64,000 nt of DNA from the NCBI GenBank assembly GCA_030583845.1, contig CP129478.1:587686-651685 (forward strand), given 5' to 3'. Made by a program: the position numbers and the translations under genes. The DNA comes from Candidatus Dojkabacteria bacterium (GTDB taxonomy: Bacteria; Patescibacteriota; Dojkabacteria; SC72; JAHDCA01). Shown here piece by piece: positions 24,811 to 33,437 of this stretch; position 1 is the stretch's first letter, and every line of letters begins with the position of its first letter. Below the pieces are notes generated by a model. The model did no database searches, was not told the origin of the DNA, and worked only from the letters and a program-made list of their open reading frames with translations.

Positions 24811-27800
24811 TAGAGATGTAGCCGAGTGGGAGGTGAATAATGCAAGCAGTGAAAGCGCATCTGTTGAATTACCAGACCTGACCGACGACGAGATCGGACT
24901 ATACTATACCCATCATGTCACTGTAGTCGGTCTTGAGCCCGATACAAAGTATGACTTTATGGTTGGCACTGGCAATTTCTTTTACAGAGCAACCGACCAT
25001 GATGGTGCAAATGAATTTACCACAGCCGCAATAGCCGACGAGATTGATACACCGGACCCTGCCTACGGCAAGATAGTGGCAACCGGTGAGACCATGTCTG
25101 ACCTGATCCCAGTCGTCGATGCAAATGTTTACTTCTATGTTGAGAATTCGTTTGGAGATGTTCTCACCAATAGGATCTCAGCAACATTAAATGATGAGGG
25201 CTCATGGTATCTCGACCTCAATACACTGTATGACAGTGAGGGAGAGGTATTCTTCTCAACTATCCCGGAAGAGGAGACAGAGCTCTACAAAGAGGTTGTT
25301 GAAGTTCATGTCCCAAGTGGTGATATCTACATGAAGCGAATCTCGCCTTCAGAGGACACTCCGGCTGAAGATATGCTGCTAATTGAAGATTATAAGGTTG
25401 AGAAAGCAATTGAAGGTGAACCCCCATTAAGTGGACTAGCATCATCCGCATATGCATGGGATCTTACCTGTCCAAATGGTAAAAAATTGCATGCTGATGC
25501 AGCTGATGAAGCCAGCTTTATAGCCGTATATGGCGCATCTCAAGCCCAATCGAAGTGGGAGCAGGAGGCAAGCGGCTACTGTGGCGACCCGAACACCCCG
25601 AGCTGGCAAGAGGGCCAGCCTACTGTACAGCTTACCGACGAAGTCTGCGCTGTAACCTATACTGAGACAGGCGCATTTGGCTCTAACGATGGCTGTGAGT
25701 ATAACTGTGTAGGTATGGGGCATAGAACCATAGGTGGTGATTGTAAGAATGAATGGGGTAATGGCTCCTACTGCCAGAAGAAAGATCCAAACTGTGGAAC
25801 TGTGTGCGTAGGTGGTGAAGTATGTAAGCAGGGAGATTTCTGTATTTCTGGTGATTATCAGTGCTGCACTGCAGGATGTAATGTGAGAGGCTCCGAGGGT
25901 GGTAGCTCAGGCTCTGGAAATGGGTCTGGTACTCCTACCAATCCATCTGTGTGCCCTAACAAGAAGCCTGACAATGCAACTGAGAGGTGTGGTGAAGATA
26001 ATGTCTGTAATACTGGTGAGTGGTGTGGAGACTTGAATGGTGTTAGCTGTAAGTGCGGTGAAGGGACTGTCGAGTGTGGGATGGTGTGTACACAGTCGAT
26101 CTCCGAAGGCAAGGTAGCTGTAAAAGTATGTTGCCTGTATCATGGTGTGCCATCGCTATTGACGAACTATACAGGGGAATGTCCAATAGGCTGGCAAGAG
26201 GGAACTCAGAACCAATGCAAGACAACGGCGGGTACGTTGCCAACAGAGCCTGTGTGTTGTAAACCTCCAAGTGGCGAGGATATATGGATGTATACTCCAT
26301 CGGGACAGTGTGAAGCGCCACTGGTTTCATCAACTTGTCCAGCCAAGCCTAAGCCTGTACCTCTGCCAATCAATCAATCAACTCCTGCTCCAGTCGTGAC
26401 AAGCGGCAGTGAGTATACAAACACATGCACTGTCGAGCCTAATCAGAGATGTGGTGATTGTAAAGGGCAGGTAGGTGAGGCAAATGGCATAACTTATATG
26501 TGTACAGATATTGGAGCCGGTAGCTTCTTATATTGGTGGAAAGCTGTTGTGCCTGCTGGTGAGAGATGTCCTGATGGAAATGAGTGTATATGTGTAACTA
26601 GAGGCGGTGATGGTTCGATCGAACATTACTCTGGTGACCACAATTGCAATTCTTTAGCGCAGCCTGCTGGATCGCTTACTCCGATAGGTAACAACCAGCA
26701 GTGTCCCGCGGACAGCAACGGATGCTTCTGTGATACTCAAAATGGATACATATATCCTGGCTCATGGTGTGGATATGCCGTCTCATGTGACGCCAATAAC
26801 GTCGGAAGCGTGTGTAATAACGATGGCACAACATGTGAATTCACTGAAGGACAAACGGCTACATATACTACGTTAGGTGGAGATACCAAGACTATGCCGT
26901 GGGATGAATGTCAAAATACCCCTGAGTGTATCAACGGCTATCCACAAGTTCGTTCAGGTGAATATACATGCACTGGTCCGACAGCTTCATCTTTGGACAA
27001 CGGGTCTGACCTCATCTCAGAAGCTAGCACAGCTGTGCTTGGTGCGGGAACGGGTAGGTCGGTCAAAGTGTCTCCTCAAAACAACGCTGTAGCTATAGAT
27101 GATAGTGGAATATATTGTACCGCTGTCGATGCTCAGGAGTACTGCTTCGAATTAACCGATGCAGCAGAAAATATCCTTTACGCTGATCTAAACGGTAATA
27201 ATACCTACGAAGAAGGTACTGATTTACTGGTCTCTCAGGATGGTAGAGAGCTTGAGCTCCAACAGCAAAATACCACCTTCGACTACCAGATGGTGAAAGG
27301 ATTCAATTTCGTCTCGTTCCCATTTGTTAACGCAAGCTATATGGCTACAGCTTCTGATCTACTGACCTATCTGAATTCCGAATATAGCAATGGTTTCTAC
27401 TCCATCGCGAAATTTGAAGCCGGTCGTTGGAGAATTGTTGGGAATAGAGAAGGCGACAACTATGGCTCAGAGGACTTCCCATTGGTTCCAGGAGAGGGAT
27501 ACCTGTTTAAAGCCAATCTTGACATCTTAATTTCATTAAGTGGTCAGCGAATTACAGAGCCAGTCCCAGTGTATATAGCAACAGGCTGGAACCTAATCGG
27601 TGTTAATAGCGGTAGCGATGAATCCAAATACACAGCTGAAAGCCTAATTGACGACGTTAACTCAACCGAGGGACTCACCGCAGTGAACCTATCGCGCTGG
27701 TCAACCAGCAAAGCCCGCTACGAAGGCCTACAGAAAGAAGATGTTGATGGCACTGCACAGGTTTATGGTTTCGACTTCCCGGTCGACAACCGTAGCTCAT

Positions 27801-27853
27801 ACTTCTTGAGAATCGTTGAAGGTGAGGGACTTTGGACACCCGACGCACAATAG
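24782..27853 (+). CDS. Surface protein paralog 2, main part. It has the rest of the FN3/PAP-N-like domain, a ~550-aa Cys-rich region (more than 60 Cys) and the conserved C-terminal domain.
   Basis: YYTHHVTVVGLEPDTKYDFMVGTGNFFY completes the domain. Cys-rich repeats read CxxGxxC...CC. The C-terminus is GFNFVSFPFVNASYMATASDLLTYLNSEY...GWNLIGVNSGS...KARYEGLQKE...YGFDFPVDNRSSYFLRIVEGEGLWTP. Confidence 0.65.
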   Translation: MQSTQVYFDDRDVAEWEVNNASSESASVELPDLTDDEIGLYYTHHVTVVGLEPDTKYDFMVGTGNFFYRATDHDGANEFTTAAIADEIDTPDPAYGKIVATGETMSDLIPVVDANVYFYVENSFGDVLTNRISATLNDEGSWYLDLNTLYDSEGEVFFSTIPEEETELYKEVVEVHVPSGDIYMKRISPSEDTPAEDMLLIEDYKVEKAIEGEPPLSGLASSAYAWDLTCPNGKKLHADAADEASFIAVYGASQAQSKWEQEASGYCGDPNTPSWQEGQPTVQLTDEVCAVTYTETGAFGSNDGCEYNCVGMGHRTIGGDCKNEWGNGSYCQKKDPNCGTVCVGGEVCKQGDFCISGDYQCCTAGCNVRGSEGGSSGSGNGSGTPTNPSVCPNKKPDNATERCGEDNVCNTGEWCGDLNGVSCKCGEGTVECGMVCTQSISEGKVAVKVCCLYHGVPSLLTNYTGECPIGWQEGTQNQCKTTAGTLPTEPVCCKPPSGEDIWMYTPSGQCEAPLVSSTCPAKPKPVPLPINQSTPAPVVTSGSEYTNTCTVEPNQRCGDCKGQVGEANGITYMCTDIGAGSFLYWWKAVVPAGERCPDGNECICVTRGGDGSIEHYSGDHNCNSLAQPAGSLTPIGNNQQCPADSNGCFCDTQNGYIYPGSWCGYAVSCDANNVGSVCNNDGTTCEFTEGQTATYTTLGGDTKTMPWDECQNTPECINGYPQVRSGEYTCTGPTASSLDNGSDLISEASTAVLGAGTGRSVKVSPQNNAVAIDDSGIYCTAVDAQEYCFELTDAAENILYADLNGNNTYEEGTDLLVSQDGRELELQQQNTTFDYQMVKGFNFVSFPFVNASYMATASDLLTYLNSEYSNGFYSIAKFEAGRWRIVGNREGDNYGSEDFPLVPGEGYLFKANLDILISLSGQRITEPVPVYIATGWNLIGVNSGSDESKYTAESLIDDVNSTEGLTAVNLSRWSTSKARYEGLQKEDVDGTAQVYGFDFPVDNRSSYFLRIVEGEGLWTPDAQ

Positions 27854-27896
27854 ATTAAAATCAAGGTAGAAATAAATTATTTACATGATTAGTTAA

Positions 27897-28232
27897 ATGT
27901 TAAATCAGATTCCCGCAGAATTTTGGATGGTTATTATCTCAGTCCTGACACTGTTCCTGGTATTTATCATGTACCAAATTGCCAACCTGTTGAAGGAAAG
28001 CACCAAGACTATGGCCGAGACAACCAAAGTTGTTACAGAGCTCCAGGATACAGTGAAGAAAGCCAATCTAGTGCTAGAGGATGCAGCAGAAGTTGTCTCA
28101 ATGACAAAAACCACTGTCGAAGAGGTACAGGATAACGTGGTGACTCCAGTCATTAAGATAGCTTCGATCATCGGTATGGTCTCAGATATTGTAGATAGCT
28201 TCACTGGCGGGTTCAAGGGCACCAAGGAGTAG
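27897..28232 (+). CDS. Small membrane-anchored protein, DUF948-like.
   Basis: N-terminal TM WMVIISVLTLFLVFIMYQIANLL followed by a charged coiled-coil-like region. Confidence 0.5.
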   Translation: MLNQIPAEFWMVIISVLTLFLVFIMYQIANLLKESTKTMAETTKVVTELQDTVKKANLVLEDAAEVVSMTKTTVEEVQDNVVTPVIKIASIIGMVSDIVDSFTGGFKGTKE

Positions 28233-28303
28233 CCATATCTTGCGCTGTGAGTATCCTACACGAGTAGACAATTTCTGCTCTGTTTCCTATTATAAAAGCA
28301 GAA

Positions 28304-30214
28304 ATGTACATCACACCTAGGCAGAAAAAAAGGTATATATTCAGATTCACACTTGTCGCTTTAGCCATTCCGCTAGTGGTTTTGGCCATCTATGCTGGTG
28401 TCCAATGGTTTTCAAGCGCTGACACCGAAGCAACTCCCGAGGATGTAGTTATCAGCAACCTCACTACCAGCGCTGTCACATTGAGCTGGACCACGACGGT
28501 GGATGCTAGCTCCAGCGTGAAGATGGTCGAAAGCGGAGATGTCTTCACCGATCCGCGAGGTGCAAGCTCAAGAAGGACCCATTTTGTTGAAGTCACTGGG
28601 CTCGAGCCAGAGACAGAGTATGAGTTCAAAATCACTTCAAATGGCCAGGATTATACCGCAGAGGGTGGAGCTGCATTTAGATTTACCACTGCCCCAGTGA
28701 GCGATGAGGCCTCAGTGCCCTTCCCAGCATATGGGACAATAGAGGGTGCGAATGGAGATGATGCACTTATTTTCTTCGTGGTTGCTGGTGCCACTCAATC
28801 TCTGCCGGTCTCAGCAGTGCCGCAATCAACAGGGAACTGGATCTTGGATCTATCTTCAGTCCGATCACTGGATGGTACTTCATTAATACAGGTCAGCAGC
28901 GATAGCTCTGTTGAGCTTCTGGCAATCGGGCATGACGGGATGGGCTCGAGAGTCACAGGAAAATTTAGCGATCTTTTCGACGAAGAGGGGATGCTTATTG
29001 CGGAATTTTCTCTTCAGTCCGATACCGATGTGATGGCCTACCTACCTGGCGCGTCAAAGATTACGACGATTATTGCTGAGCAGCCACCAGGAGAGGAACC
29101 ACCACCGTCTGAAGAACCACCACCATCTGAAGAGCCGCCTCCATCTGAAGAACCACCACCATCTGAAGAGCCACCTCCTGCTGAGGAGCCGCCACCATCT
29201 AACGACTTTGACCCTGCATCAAGACAGTTCCTGATTCGCGCCGATATCGTGTGGGTTGATATGGTTGAGATAACAGGCGATGGTGCTGCTCCAGTAGTTG
29301 TGACCGGTGAGCAGTCGGTACAGCTTGTTGCACGAAATGACACCAGCTTCTCTGTCGTATGGCTTACAGAAGATGAGGTCCCGGGCTATGTAAGCTATGG
29401 AGAGGATGAAGATGATCTGATCGAAGAGGCGATCGACATTCGCGACACCTTGGTATCGCGCGGAGATTACAGATCACACCTAGTCGAGATATCTGGTCTT
29501 ACCCCTGAGACCATATACTACTTTGAGATACATTCGGGCGACGAGACATACTCGTTGAACGGAGAGCCATATCAACTAGAAACATTTGACACAGTGGTCA
29601 CTCCACCACCATTTAGTACAGCCCAAGGCACAGTATCTGGCTTAGAGAGTTATGACGATGTTGTGGTGCTTGTGCAGCTAAATGATGTTGATGGCGCAGG
29701 TACTGCAGGTGCATCACAGCTTGGAGCTGTAGTCCCTGATGAGAATGGTGCTTGGATCGCAAGCATCGGCGACCTACGAAGCGAAAGTGGCACTGAGTAC
29801 TATGTGTTAGGCGATACAGATGAGGTTACAGCTGAATTGGTTGTATACGCTAATTCTGAGCCAGTCACGATTACAGGTGATGAGATTGAGGATAGTGAGC
29901 TAGCCTTGACTGCCGATCCGCCTACAGAGGGTGGGAGCAGCTACCAGCGAATAGCCTTGCTAAATGATTATGGGGTCTCATCGACCTATGCGGAGTCTCC
30001 AACAAGTGGCGTAGGGGGTGGTGGCCCTGCCGATGTCGATACTGGGAGCGAGATTACTACACCGAAGACCGGTATTGAAGATAACTTGGTAGTGGCTTCA
30101 GCGGTTGGTGGAGGTTTGCTTACGGTTGGGGCGGCTACTTTGTTGGTCGCTTACAGTGGTCGTGGCAAGAAGAAGGGCGTAAACAAGGGCTCTTTGACTA
30201 GTCGGGTCTCATAG
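28304..30214 (+). CDS. Cell-surface protein with an N-terminal TM anchor, two FN3-like domains, (EEPPPS)6 repeats and a C-terminal LPXTG-like sorting signal.
   Basis: FN3 signatures VTLSWTT...THFVEVTGLEPETEYEFKI and SFSVVWLTEDEV...YRSHLVEISGLTPETIYYFEI. The C-terminus reads TPKTG, then a 21-residue hydrophobic stretch, then RGKKKG. Confidence 0.7.
   Translation: MYITPRQKKRYIFRFTLVALAIPLVVLAIYAGVQWFSSADTEATPEDVVISNLTTSAVTLSWTTTVDASSSVKMVESGDVFTDPRGASSRRTHFVEVTGLEPETEYEFKITSNGQDYTAEGGAAFRFTTAPVSDEASVPFPAYGTIEGANGDDALIFFVVAGATQSLPVSAVPQSTGNWILDLSSVRSLDGTSLIQVSSDSSVELLAIGHDGMGSRVTGKFSDLFDEEGMLIAEFSLQSDTDVMAYLPGASKITTIIAEQPPGEEPPPSEEPPPSEEPPPSEEPPPSEEPPPAEEPPPSNDFDPASRQFLIRADIVWVDMVEITGDGAAPVVVTGEQSVQLVARNDTSFSVVWLTEDEVPGYVSYGEDEDDLIEEAIDIRDTLVSRGDYRSHLVEISGLTPETIYYFEIHSGDETYSLNGEPYQLETFDTVVTPPPFSTAQGTVSGLESYDDVVVLVQLNDVDGAGTAGASQLGAVVPDENGAWIASIGDLRSESGTEYYVLGDTDEVTAELVVYANSEPVTITGDEIEDSELALTADPPTEGGSSYQRIALLNDYGVSSTYAESPTSGVGGGGPADVDTGSEITTPKTGIEDNLVVASAVGGGLLTVGAATLLVAYSGRGKKKGVNKGSLTSRVS
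29093..29200 (+). repeat. 18-bp tandem repeat x6 encoding (EEPPPS)6.
   Basis: gaggaaccaccaccgtct and five near-identical in-frame units follow one another. Confidence 0.85.
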
Positions 30215-30282
30215 AGGTTATAACTGATGACTCCTGCAGCTCAATCAAGGCTAATTCTTAATCGTTCCCACACCTATAGCCT

Positions 30283-30311
30283 TGTAAACTTTTTGCCTAA
30301 TCAGTACAATT
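30283..30311 (+). promoter_or_regulatory. Candidate promoter (TTGTAA, 17-nt spacer, TACAAT) for gene 30338.
   Basis: -35 box at 30283-30288 and -10 box at 30306-30311, 26 nt upstream of the ATG. Confidence 0.35.
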
Positions 30312-30337
30312 TGGCAATTTAGCTTCTGTAATATTGA

Positions 30338-31864
30338 ATGTTGAAACTCGATAAAAGCAATTCACTATTTTTTCTGTTGGGCATCTTTGCACTGCTTTTT
30401 CTCGGCTATGTAGCCCTTTTCTATGAAAGCGATGCTTTTTATAGCGATGCGAAAGCCCCGGCAGAAGCATCCACAAGTAGCGAAGAGGCTGGTGGGTCAC
30501 AGGAAGTAGTGTTGGTGGGAAATACGGTCGGAGAAAATGTGGAAGTCCCAGAGATCACCGAAGAGCAGTATCGTCTTGTAAAAGAGCTAGTAATTGCAGC
30601 CGAGCCTTCACTCGCGAGCATGAGCAATCTGGATGAGGTTATTCGGGAGCCATATCTGGCTCAAAATATTGCTAGCCTGATGGAGCAGGTGGAAGAAAAT
30701 GATCTGACAGTGACACAGGTTCGAGCATCAGTACGTGGTGCTGGTACTGGGGATTTTAGCCCGACCGGTGAAGATTGCGCGGCAGGCGCGAAGGTGATTT
30801 TGATGGATCCGGCCTGTTATATTACCGAAGAAAACACCTCAATTAACGAGAATCTAGGTAACTATGTAGGCTCAGGGTGTGACAATAACCCTGCAACCCC
30901 GTGCCAGGTGCGGGCCAGCTCAGTTATTGAGCCGTGGGAGATCAATGGCCCAGATCAGAACCAGGGCTACTCTGCTGGAACTGATGTACGAGGAAAGACC
31001 GAGAGTGAACGGATCCTGATTCAGAACAAGCAGATGAAAGATGGAGTCCTAGCCTATCACTCAGAGAGCGGTAGCTATTATGGCGATGCCTCGGATGCGG
31101 AGAAGTATGAGCAGTTCAAGCAGGTAAATATGGGCGTGGCAAATTTGCTACGTCCACAGCTAGCAAGGGAGGTTTCAGAAGACTCAGCTGATGCCAAGAG
31201 AGACTTTGCAGTAGAGATCTGCGCAGGTGGTGAAGAGGTGTGTGATCAGAACGAGAAGACATTGGCCAGATTCAAAGGTACCAACTCAGATGGTGATTAT
31301 CTTAGCCCTGCAAACAGCAATAAATTTGCCGAGGCCAGATATTTTGGGAAGGCGCTCCAGCCACCTACTGGTGAGGTCGAGACTGAGCTACGAAATGAAT
31401 GCGTTGATAACAGCTCTCCACAATATCGCAATATTAGTAAGACAGATCAGCTATGTCTTGGGTCACGCAGGGTTTCTGATGTGTATCATGGCGTAAAGCA
31501 GCTTGGCAATGAGATACTTTGCAGACTAAGGCCGAATGACAGCGATTGTCAGCTACAGGTTGTTACAGGCATCCAGGTCGGTTCGATGTTTGGCGATACT
31601 GAGTATTTTGTTGAAGGAATATCTAGCAACTATATGGCAGAAGCAATGGTTTCAGTGTATTCTTCCCCTGTTGATGACAGGAATGTGACTATGCTTAGAA
31701 CTCCGTGTACAATACGTATAGATTATTCTAAGATTGTTGACGTATACTGTTATATCAAGAATCAGAATGAGTATGCAGAGTTCTCAAGGCAGGCTGCAGA
31801 GATGACGCCCGGAGATTCATTCAAGTATGAAGCATATGGAAGCGCGCTTGAGGAGGAGTTTTAA
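30338..31864 (+). CDS. Secreted or membrane-anchored Cys-containing hypothetical protein.
   Basis: N-terminal hydrophobic anchor FFLLGIFALLFLGYVALF. About 14 Cys are scattered in the mature part. No recognisable catalytic motif was seen. Confidence 0.55.
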   Translation: MLKLDKSNSLFFLLGIFALLFLGYVALFYESDAFYSDAKAPAEASTSSEEAGGSQEVVLVGNTVGENVEVPEITEEQYRLVKELVIAAEPSLASMSNLDEVIREPYLAQNIASLMEQVEENDLTVTQVRASVRGAGTGDFSPTGEDCAAGAKVILMDPACYITEENTSINENLGNYVGSGCDNNPATPCQVRASSVIEPWEINGPDQNQGYSAGTDVRGKTESERILIQNKQMKDGVLAYHSESGSYYGDASDAEKYEQFKQVNMGVANLLRPQLAREVSEDSADAKRDFAVEICAGGEEVCDQNEKTLARFKGTNSDGDYLSPANSNKFAEARYFGKALQPPTGEVETELRNECVDNSSPQYRNISKTDQLCLGSRRVSDVYHGVKQLGNEILCRLRPNDSDCQLQVVTGIQVGSMFGDTEYFVEGISSNYMAEAMVSVYSSPVDDRNVTMLRTPCTIRIDYSKIVDVYCYIKNQNEYAEFSRQAAEMTPGDSFKYEAYGSALEEEF

Positions 31865-31882
31865 TATTAAGTAACGCCCAAA

Positions 31883-33361
31883 ATGGTAGATCGAATATAT
31901 AAGATATACAAATTCGCAGGAAAGATAGCTAGGTCGAGGGCTTTGAACAGTGCGCTGGTGCTTGTGGCGACATTCGGTCTAGGCTTGGAGGTCGTATCGC
32001 CAATTGTCTATGCACAAGACGGCGAAGGTAATGCAACCGTTGACGCAGGAGAGTCTTATACTTCTGGGACTGCTGTGATTGATACTCTGACAGAGTCAGA
32101 GGGTGTGACAGACAGTGCGAATCTGGCACAAAATCAGGCAACAGACTTCGCGATTGTTGCACTTTCGATTACATGTATGGAGTGTCTCGAGAATGCAGAT
32201 GATGTGGCTGCCAACCCAAATATCCATCCTTCTGCAAAGACAAGTCTACTGACCCTCGTTGATAATAACAATAGACAGATGCTTACAAATCCGCCTACAC
32301 AGAACCTTTACGCACATATGCAGACCCAGTGGATGCCAGGCGAGACATATGCAAATAGAAGCGTCTATGCTCAGTCTGGGTATGACTTACTCATATCGAC
32401 CGGCATTGATCAGCTCTGGGAAAATGTGAGAAATGTTGCCTACGTTATCTTCGTGCTAGTGCTTATAGTTGCCGGGTTTATGATGATGTTTAGGCAGAAA
32501 ATAGGTGGTCAACTGGCTGTGACGGTATTCAACACAATTCCTCAGGTCATAATATGCCTGATATTGGTAACATTCAGTTTCGCCATAGTCGGTTTAGTCT
32601 TAAATCTTAGCGCCACGCTTACAAATGTAGCTGCTGGTATTCTTGGCCTAGCTGATCCGACAGATGGTGTAACGGCCACGGGGCCGCTTTCAGTGTTTAG
32701 CGCATTTATTTCTGGGAATATTGTTACTGTTGGTGCGGCAAGTGTAACGACAATAGTAACTACAGTAGCAGGATCGATCTTGGCAAATAGTGGAATTGCA
32801 GCACTGGGTATAGCTGCCTCTCCATTGGCAGGTGGTACACTAGCTATTATAGGTCTTGTTGGCATCTTGATAGTGTTAGTTATCCTCGGAATCGTTCTGG
32901 TTGGATCAGTGAAGGTATGGATTACCCTTCTAAAGGCATATGTTGGTATACTTATCGATACAATATTGGCTCCACTCTATTTAACAATGTCCGCCTTGCC
33001 TGGCAGATCTCAGATGCGCGGAGATTGGTTTAGACGAATCCTCAAAAATGCATTAACTTTTACTGTTGTGTTTTTCTTCCTTAATCTTGCGGCTTTTGTA
33101 TTTAATGCAAACATTAATCTTGGATTTCCTACCTCTCTGGCAGAAGGTCAGACAGCTCCAGTTGGCTCTGGCCCCGTTTTGCTTGCGTGGCTGCTGAAAG
33201 GTGCAGTCTCGATCTATCTAGTATATGTAGCGGCTGAGGCACCTAAATTCCTTGAAGAGTTCTTGCCGCAGACTGGTGGGAAGAGTGTTGCAGGGGCACT
33301 GCAGTCAGCTGCTAAGGGTGCATTTGGCAAGCTTCCAATTGTCGGTGGCATGATGGGCTAA
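31883..33361 (+). CDS. Polytopic membrane protein with a VirB6/TrbL-like topology: a signal peptide, a ~170-aa extracytoplasmic domain, then 5-7 TM helices.
   Basis: Signal-like SALVLVATFGLGLEVVSPIVYAQ. Dense TM bundle from VAYVIFVLVLIVAGFMMMF onward, with Gly/Ala-rich helices. Confidence 0.6.
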   Translation: MVDRIYKIYKFAGKIARSRALNSALVLVATFGLGLEVVSPIVYAQDGEGNATVDAGESYTSGTAVIDTLTESEGVTDSANLAQNQATDFAIVALSITCMECLENADDVAANPNIHPSAKTSLLTLVDNNNRQMLTNPPTQNLYAHMQTQWMPGETYANRSVYAQSGYDLLISTGIDQLWENVRNVAYVIFVLVLIVAGFMMMFRQKIGGQLAVTVFNTIPQVIICLILVTFSFAIVGLVLNLSATLTNVAAGILGLADPTDGVTATGPLSVFSAFISGNIVTVGAASVTTIVTTVAGSILANSGIAALGIAASPLAGGTLAIIGLVGILIVLVILGIVLVGSVKVWITLLKAYVGILIDTILAPLYLTMSALPGRSQMRGDWFRRILKNALTFTVVFFFLNLAAFVFNANINLGFPTSLAEGQTAPVGSGPVLLAWLLKGAVSIYLVYVAAEAPKFLEEFLPQTGGKSVAGALQSAAKGAFGKLPIVGGMMG

Positions 33362-33437
33362 TGAGCTGTTTTTCGACCAATTCCCAAGCTGAGAGAATCA
33401 GGCCACTGTTCTGAAATAATTATGTGAGCATAACTTA

